Origin: an uncultured Candidatus Binatia bacterium
GTDB taxonomy: Bacteria > Desulfobacterota > Binatia > UBA9968 > JAJDTQ01
Reading direction: 5' to 3'
Length of the DNA stretch: 64,000 nt
Assembly: GCA_965242525.1 (NCBI GenBank)
Contig: OZ251459.1
Span: 1,824,001 to 1,888,000 of the forward strand
The notes beneath the pieces are model-generated. The model made no database searches. It was not told the DNA's origin and was given only the letters and a program-made list of their open reading frames with translations. How positions within the stretch are numbered: position 1 is the first letter of the stretch; the number at the start of each line of letters is the position of its first letter. The translations under genes and the position numbers were made by a program. Of this stretch, positions 58,235 through 64,000 are shown piece by piece.

Positions 58235-58939
58235 TCACGAATCGGACGGCGATGCTCGGAGGATCGCCCGGGCCTGGCGGAAGACCTGGTGGAACATGGG
58301 CCTCGTCAACCTGCCCGTGAAGGTGTTCTGCTGGCTGGGATGGTAAGACCCCAACAGGGTCAGTCCGTTGCGGAGCTCGCAGCGGCTGCCGTGCCCGAAA
58401 CGGGGGCGGGGCCTGGGGAGCGCCTCGCCGCGGTCGGACGCGGCCTTGAGGTAGGAGTCGAAGGCGATCTTCCCCAGGGCCAGCACCACCCGCAGCCCCG
58501 GCATCAGTCCGAGCTCCCGGACGAGGTAGCCCCGGCACTCGTGGAACTCGTCCGGGGAGGGCTTGTTGGCGGGGGGCGCGCAGCGGACCGCGGCCGAGAT
58601 GTAGCAGTCCGTGAGCGCCAAGCCGTCGTCGCGGTCCACCGACACAGGCTGGTTGGCGAACCCGGCCCGGAACAGGGCTTCGTACAGCCAGTCGCCGCTT
58701 CGGTCTCCGGTGAACATGCGACCGGTGCGGTTGCCGCCGTGGGCCGCGGGCGCAAGGCCCACCACCAGGAGCCGGGCCGCGTGGTCGCCGAAGCCCGGCA
58801 GCGGCTTGCCCCAGTAGGCGCATTCGCGGTAGCGCCGGGGCGGGTTGGCCGCGGCCTCGGCGCGCCAAGCGACCAGACGGGGGCACTTGCCGCACCGGAC
58901 CACCTCGCGGTTGACCCGTGTCAGGGAGTCCCTGTCCAT
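58235..58939 (-). CDS. Uracil-DNA glycosylase, family 5 (UdgB-like)
   Basis: C..CPRL, GLAPAAHGGNRTGRMFTGD, RCAPP.NKP, YHPSQQN. Confidence 0.92.
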   Translation of the reverse strand: MDRDSLTRVNREVVRCGKCPRLVAWRAEAAANPPRRYRECAYWGKPLPGFGDHAARLLVVGLAPAAHGGNRTGRMFTGDRSGDWLYEALFRAGFANQPVSVDRDDGLALTDCYISAAVRCAPPANKPSPDEFHECRGYLVRELGLMPGLRVVLALGKIAFDSYLKAASDRGEALPRPRPRFGHGSRCELRNGLTLLGSYHPSQQNTFTGRLTRPMFHQVFRQARAILRASPSDS

Positions 58940-59033
58940 GGGCGGAAGGGCATAGCGTATCGGGCGCGGGCGCGCCACCCGCGGACCCTCCCCGCCCACC
59001 GGCGCGGGCCGCGGCGCGCCGCCGGAACCGACC

Positions 59034-59063
59034 TTGACGCCGCGGACGGGGTTTTGCTATACC
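59034..59063 (+). promoter_or_regulatory. Putative sigma70 promoter of the sdh-like operon
   Basis: TTGACG-N18-TATACC with an extended -10 TG. Confidence 0.45.
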
Positions 59064-59126
59064 CGCTCGAAATGCAGAGGGTCCGCGTGCAGCGCGTCAG
59101 CGACGTCAACCAGGAAGGGATGCCCA

Positions 59127-60740
59127 GTGCCGGAATGTGATGTTCTCGTGGTAGGCGGCGGCGCCTCCGGTTTGCGGGCGGCCATTGCCGCCAAGCGGGC
59201 CGGAGCGTCGGTGGCGTTGTTGAGCAAGGTCTATCCGTTGCGCACGAACTCCGCCCTTTCGCCGGGCGGGCTCAACGCGCCGCTGGGCCGGGACGACTCC
59301 CCCGACAAGTTCGCCGAGGACATCCTCGCCGCGGGCGACGGGCTCTGCGACGCCGGGACCGTGGAAGTGCTGGCCGCGGAGGCGGCTCGGGAAGTGGTCT
59401 GGCTGGAGCGCGTGGGGGTGCCGTTCAACCGCGACGGGGAAGGCCGCATCGACCGCCGCCCGCTGGGGTCCAGCAGCGTCCGGCGGGCCTGTTACGCGGA
59501 CGACCGCACCGGGCACATGGTCCTGCACGTGCTCCACGAACAGTTCCTCCGGGAGGGCATCCCCTGCTTCCACGAATGGTTCGTCACCTCCCTGGTGACG
59601 GATGGCGGAGAGTGCTCCGGCGCGGTGGCGCTGGGGCTCCGAAGCGGCCAACTGGAGACCTTCACCGCGGGGGCCGTGGTCCTCGCCACCGGGGGGTTCA
59701 CCCGGCTGTACCGTCCGTGCACCGCCGCGGTGGGCTCCACCGGGGACGGCCTGGTCCTGGGCCATGAGTCGGGCCTGGGCCTGGTGGACCTGGAGATGGT
59801 GCAGTTCCACCCCACCGTTTACAGCGCCGCGCAGACCGTGCTCATCAGCGAGGCCGCCCTGAACGAAGGCGCGCGGCTGGTGGACGCGTCGGGCGAGCCG
59901 CTGGTGGACGCCAAGGCCCTGTCCCGGGCGCAGCTCGCGGTGGAGGTCCACAAGGCGGGCCGCAACGGGGGCGGCCCCGCGGCCCTGGACCTGCGGCCGG
60001 TACCGGACCTGGCCTCCCGCTTCCCCCAGGCCGCGGAACTGGTCAAGGTCATGGCCGGCATCGACGTGGCCAAGGATCCGGTCCCGGTGCAGCCGGTGGC
60101 CCACCGGCCCATGGGGGGCGTCGAGACCAACGCTTCCGGGGAGACCGCGGTGGCTGGGCTGTTCGCGGTGGGCGAATGCGCCCACAACGGACTCAACGGC
60201 GCCGGACGGCTGCCGGGGAACACCCTGGCCGAGTCCGTGGTGTTCGGCAAGCGGGTGGGGGAAGCGGCCGCGGCCCATGCCAAGTCGGCCGGCAGGAAAG
60301 CCGCGGACCCGTCCCGGGCCGCGGACGACGACCGAAAGCTGGCCGAGATCACATCGGGAGGGTCGTCCGACGACACCATCGGCGGCATCCACCGGGAGCT
60401 CGGGGAGCTGATGGCGGCCAACCTGGGGGTGACGCGCACGGACGCCGGCATCGCCGAGGCCCAGACGAAGATCGACGCGCTGCAACGGCGCCATGCGGCC
60501 CTCCGGGTCAACAACAAGTCCCGGATCTACAACTACGCCCTGACGAGCTACCTGGAGTTGGGGAACCTGTTGCGGCTGGCGGAGGCTCTGGCGCTGGCCG
60601 CGCGCGGGCGCACGGAGAGCCGCGGCGCCCACGTGCGGAGCGACTTTCCGCAACGGGACGACTCGAACTGGAAGGTCCACACCGTGGTGCGCCGGCAGGA
60701 CGGCGCGCCGAAGCTGGATACCCGGGCGGTATCCGCATAG
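59127..60740 (+). CDS. Divergent SdhA/FrdA-like flavoprotein lacking the covalent-FAD His
   Basis: DVLVVGGG, DRTGH, LATGG, STGDG, QFHPT, HRPMGG, RTESRGAH.R.DFP.RDD; GTG start. Confidence 0.85.
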   Translation: MPECDVLVVGGGASGLRAAIAAKRAGASVALLSKVYPLRTNSALSPGGLNAPLGRDDSPDKFAEDILAAGDGLCDAGTVEVLAAEAAREVVWLERVGVPFNRDGEGRIDRRPLGSSSVRRACYADDRTGHMVLHVLHEQFLREGIPCFHEWFVTSLVTDGGECSGAVALGLRSGQLETFTAGAVVLATGGFTRLYRPCTAAVGSTGDGLVLGHESGLGLVDLEMVQFHPTVYSAAQTVLISEAALNEGARLVDASGEPLVDAKALSRAQLAVEVHKAGRNGGGPAALDLRPVPDLASRFPQAAELVKVMAGIDVAKDPVPVQPVAHRPMGGVETNASGETAVAGLFAVGECAHNGLNGAGRLPGNTLAESVVFGKRVGEAAAAHAKSAGRKAADPSRAADDDRKLAEITSGGSSDDTIGGIHRELGELMAANLGVTRTDAGIAEAQTKIDALQRRHAALRVNNKSRIYNYALTSYLELGNLLRLAEALALAARGRTESRGAHVRSDFPQRDDSNWKVHTVVRRQDGAPKLDTRAVSA

Positions 60741-60809
60741 GACGGACGCCGCGGCCCGCCCTTCCGGACCGGGACGGGAACGGGACGCTGCGCCGGCGAA
60801 GGAGCGACC

Positions 60810-61766
60810 ATGGAAGTCACCTACAAGGTCCACCGCAAGGACCCGGAGAACGGCGGCGAGTCCGGTTACTCGACCTACAAGGTGGACCTGCCCGAAGACG
60901 CCACGGTGCTGGACGGACTCCAGAAGATCCGGGACGAGCAGGACGACACCCTGGCCTTCCGGGCCTCGTGCTGCCAGGGGTTCTGCGGCGAGTGCAGCGT
61001 GCGCATCAACTACAGCGCCAAGCTCACCTGCACCACCAAGATCTCCGCGGTGACGAAGAAGGGTCCGGAGATCCTCTGCGACCCCGTCCGCAACATCCCG
61101 GTGGTCAAGGACCTGGTGTTCGACATGGACGCATTCCTGTGGAACAAGATCGCGGCCATGAAGCCCTGGATGGAGCCGGAGGAAGAGTTCGCCCCCACCG
61201 AGAACGTGGTTCCCGAGTCGGAGATGGCGGAAGTGAGGCGCACCATGAGCTGCTACCAGTGCGGCCTGTGCGACGAGGGCTGCGCGGTCCTGCCGGTGGA
61301 CTTCGACTTCCTGGGGCCCGCGGCCCTGGTCAAGGGCTACCGCTTCGTCATGGACCCGCGGGAGTCGGGCGCGAGGCAGGAAGCGCGCATGAAGGTGGTG
61401 GAGCAGCCCAAGGGGCTGTGGGACTGCACCCATTGCTACGAGGCCAACGGCAAGTGCCCGCGGGGCTTGGCGCCCTCCAACAAGATCATGGAGGTGCGGG
61501 ACGTGGCCTTCAAGTCGGGGATCACCCACGAGAAGGTGGCGCGCCACCACGCGAGCTTCATCAACTCGGTGAAGAAGACCGGCTGGCTCGACGAACGCAA
61601 GCTGGCCATGGAGACCGAGGGCATGACCAACGTGGCCGGACTCATGAAGCTCCTGCCCACCGCGGTCCGGGCGTTGCGGCGCGGGAAGATGCCCGGCCGC
61701 CACGAGAAACGCCCGGGCGCGGAACAGGTCCGGCGCATCATCGAGAAAGCGGAGGAGTCCAAGTGA
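60810..61766 (+). CDS. SdhB/FrdB iron-sulfur subunit (long, type-E-like)
   Basis: FRASCCQGFCGEC, LTC, CYQCGLCDEGC, GPAAL, CTHCYEANGKCP. Confidence 0.88.
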   Translation: MEVTYKVHRKDPENGGESGYSTYKVDLPEDATVLDGLQKIRDEQDDTLAFRASCCQGFCGECSVRINYSAKLTCTTKISAVTKKGPEILCDPVRNIPVVKDLVFDMDAFLWNKIAAMKPWMEPEEEFAPTENVVPESEMAEVRRTMSCYQCGLCDEGCAVLPVDFDFLGPAALVKGYRFVMDPRESGARQEARMKVVEQPKGLWDCTHCYEANGKCPRGLAPSNKIMEVRDVAFKSGITHEKVARHHASFINSVKKTGWLDERKLAMETEGMTNVAGLMKLLPTAVRALRRGKMPGRHEKRPGAEQVRRIIEKAEESK

Positions 61767-62644
61767 AATACGCGTTCTACCCCGGATGTGTGGCCAAGGG
61801 CGGCTGTCCCGAGCTCTACGCCGCGGCGGTCAAGGTCGCCGAGAAGCTCGACCTGGAGCTCGAGGAGATGGCCGACGTGGCCTGCACCGGCGCCGGCTGC
61901 ATGCCGACGCACCTGTCGGACCCCATCAACGCGCGGACCTTCGCCAAGGCGGAGCAGATGGGACTGCCCATCATGACCATCTGCAGCACCTGCCAGGGGG
62001 TCTTCAGCCAGGCCAACCACCGGCTCCAGAACGACGCCGAGTACCGGGAGCGGATCAACCGCGAGTACCTGGCGGAGGAAGGGCTTTCGTACCAGGGGAC
62101 CACCGAGGTCAAGCACCTGTTGTGGGTGCTGTTCGAGGACTACGGGATGGAGAAGCTCAAGCCGCTGATCCAACGCCCCCTGGCCGGCCTGAAGGTCTCC
62201 CCGTTCTACGGCTGCTTCTTGCGCCGGCCCGGCAACATCATGGTGCCCAACAGCGACGTGGCGGGCCGCAGGGGGTATCTGGAAGACCTGATCGGCGCCC
62301 TCGGGGCGGAGAACGTCAACATCAGCGGCAAGACCAAGTGCTGCGGCTTCCCCATCCTCACCGCCAACGAGGAAGGCTCCCTGGGCATGGTGGCCAAGCA
62401 CGCCGGCGAGTCGCGCCAGAACGGCGCGGACTGCATGGTGACCCCCTGTCCGCTGTGCCACCTGAACCTGGACGGCAACCAGCCGAGGGCCGAGGCACAG
62501 AAGGGCCAGAAGATCGACCTGCCCATCATCCATCTGCCGCAACTCCTGGGACTGGCCCTGGGGTTCGACACCGACGAGATGCAGTTGGGCCGGCACATCG
62601 TTTCCACCAGGGCGGTCAACGACAAGGTGGACATGCTCACCTAG
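61763..62644 (+). CDS. HdrB/SdhE-like CCG-domain protein
   Basis: YAFYPGC, CTGA, CSTC, FYGC, KCCG, TPCPLCHLNLD, LPQLLGLALG; GTG overlapping the sdhB stop. Confidence 0.88.
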   Translation: MKYAFYPGCVAKGGCPELYAAAVKVAEKLDLELEEMADVACTGAGCMPTHLSDPINARTFAKAEQMGLPIMTICSTCQGVFSQANHRLQNDAEYRERINREYLAEEGLSYQGTTEVKHLLWVLFEDYGMEKLKPLIQRPLAGLKVSPFYGCFLRRPGNIMVPNSDVAGRRGYLEDLIGALGAENVNISGKTKCCGFPILTANEEGSLGMVAKHAGESRQNGADCMVTPCPLCHLNLDGNQPRAEAQKGQKIDLPIIHLPQLLGLALGFDTDEMQLGRHIVSTRAVNDKVDMLT

Positions 62645-62655
62645 CGGCCCGGACC

Positions 62656-62868
62656 GTGGAGCAGGATTACAAGCCCAACCCGGTCAACCTTGCGCGGGAG
62701 CTCTTCAAGTTCCGCAAGGCGCAGCTTCCCTTCGGCTACTACTACGCCGTCAAGGTCCGGCTCGGCCACGCGTGGGTGGAGGACGAGACCGCGCTGGCGG
62801 AGATCCTGTCCGGCATCGACGAGTTGGGGTACGAGGTGGTGAGAAAGGCAAAGGGCGCCGAACCATGA
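62656..62868 (+). CDS. Small hypothetical protein (70 aa)
   Basis: Fills the gap in the operon, host-like codon usage, ATGA overlap with the next gene. Confidence 0.55.
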   Translation: MEQDYKPNPVNLARELFKFRKAQLPFGYYYAVKVRLGHAWVEDETALAEILSGIDELGYEVVRKAKGAEP

Positions 62869-63623
62869 GCAGCATCGCAATCGACGACAAGAGGACCCTG
62901 CGGCAAGACCTGTGGTGGCTGGAGCCCATGGCGGTGGTCCTGGGGCTGGGCGGCTTCGTGGTCTATTCCACCTGGGCCGCGCTCCAGAACGCCCATTACT
63001 ACGCCTCTCCGTACCTTTCTCCGTTCTACTCGCCGTGCCTGGCCATCAACTGCGAGCACGTGAGCGTGCCGCTCTTCGGCTCGTGGTTCAACTGGTCGCC
63101 GGCCATCCTGATCCTGTGGATCCCCGGCGGTTTCCGGCTCACCTGCTACTACTACCGCAAGGCGTACTACCGGTCGTTCTTCTGGTCCCCTCCGGCCTGC
63201 GCGGTGCGGGACGCGGCGCGCGGCTACTCCGGCGAGACCCGGTTCCCCTTCATCCTGCAGAACGTCCACCGCTACTTCTTCTGGATGTCGCTGCCGGTGC
63301 TGGCGTTCCTGTGGTGGGACGCCCTCATCGCCTTCCATTTCAGCGACGGCTTCGGCATCGGCCTGGGGACGCTGGTGCTGCTGGCCAACGCAGTACTGCT
63401 GTCGCTCTACAGCTTCTCGTGCCACTCGTGCCGGCACCTGTGCGGCGGCGGCCTCAACAGCTTCCACGCCGCGCCCCGGCGCCACGGCCTGTGGAACGTG
63501 GTGACCAGGCTCAACGAGAAGCACATGCAGATCGCCTGGGTGAGCCTCGTGTGGGTCGCGGTGACCGACCTCTACGTTCGCCTGGTGGCCATGGGCGTCC
63601 TGCAGGACCTGAGGTTCGTCTGA
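62865..63623 (+). CDS. Succinate dehydrogenase membrane anchor (Rv0249c-like)
   Basis: YLSPFYSP, FRLTCYYYRKAYYRSF...PPAC, YSGET.FP..LQN.HRY, CHSCRH, LN..HM. Confidence 0.85.
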   Translation: MSSIAIDDKRTLRQDLWWLEPMAVVLGLGGFVVYSTWAALQNAHYYASPYLSPFYSPCLAINCEHVSVPLFGSWFNWSPAILILWIPGGFRLTCYYYRKAYYRSFFWSPPACAVRDAARGYSGETRFPFILQNVHRYFFWMSLPVLAFLWWDALIAFHFSDGFGIGLGTLVLLANAVLLSLYSFSCHSCRHLCGGGLNSFHAAPRRHGLWNVVTRLNEKHMQIAWVSLVWVAVTDLYVRLVAMGVLQDLRFV

Positions 63624-64000
63624 TGGCCGGTGAGAGCCGCGAGACCCACGAGTACGACGTGGTGGTGGTGGGGGCCGGCGGCGCCGGGCTGCGGGCCGGC
63701 ATCGAAGCCCACGACAAGGGCGCCAGGACCGCCATCCTCTGCAAGTCGCTGCTGGGCAAGGCCCACACGGTCATGGCCGAAGGCGGCATCGCCGCGGCCA
63801 TGGGGAACGTGTGGCCGGAAGACAACTGGAAGGTGCACTTCCGCGACACCATGCGCGGCGGCAAGCTGCTGAACAACTGGCGCATGGCGCAGATCCACGC
63901 CCAGCAGGCCCCGGACCGGGTGCTGGAACTGGAGGAATGGGGCGCCCTGTTCGACCGCACCGACGAGGGCCTGATCCTGCAACGGGACTTCGGCGGCCAT
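63623..64000 (+). CDS. sdhA: Succinate dehydrogenase/fumarate reductase flavoprotein (partial)
   Basis: YDVVVVGAGGAGLRA, CKSLLGKAHTVMAEGG (covalent His present), QRDFGGH; runs off the window edge. Confidence 0.9.
   Translation, partial: MAGESRETHEYDVVVVGAGGAGLRAGIEAHDKGARTAILCKSLLGKAHTVMAEGGIAAAMGNVWPEDNWKVHFRDTMRGGKLLNNWRMAQIHAQQAPDRVLELEEWGALFDRTDEGLILQRDFGGH

Overview
GC-rich bacterial chromosomal window with about 60 genes. The gene content (Bug/TctC solute-binding protein, paired CoA-transferases, LLM oxidoreductase, TbpB-like lipoprotein) suggests a deltaproteobacterial or Binatota-like organism, which is an inference. Most genes are housekeeping or metabolic: HCHL, thrH, dihydroorotase-like, ogt, acyl-CoA catabolism, rodZ, ltaE, TPM/LemA, mobA, AttEFGH-like ABC system, trpBA, panE, cyclophilin, hisN-like, cysQ, surE, argS, thrC, YdiJ-like and UDG. 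Main points of interest: (1) a DUF3179 gene split by an in-frame TGA in a W-U-P-L-C motif with a SECIS-like hairpin, so probably an exported selenoprotein; (2) a lower-GC island at about 29.0-34.2 kb with a coupled ABC-type ATPase + PD-(D/E)XK-like gene pair (candidate defence system) and an IS5 remnant; (3) a coupled 'NWDG' protein + ADP-ribosyltransferase-like gene pair whose first gene is interrupted by a MITE; (4) a family of IS5-ended MITEs carrying interchangeable REP-like palindromic cores, two with perfect 4-bp target duplications; (5) a surface lipoprotein with an in-frame poly-C22 tract and an upstream poly-G21 tract; (6) a divergent type-E SdhABE-like operon directly followed by a second, Actinobacteria-type sdh operon. 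No rRNA, tRNA or CRISPR array was recognised. All family assignments come from motif recognition, not database searches.
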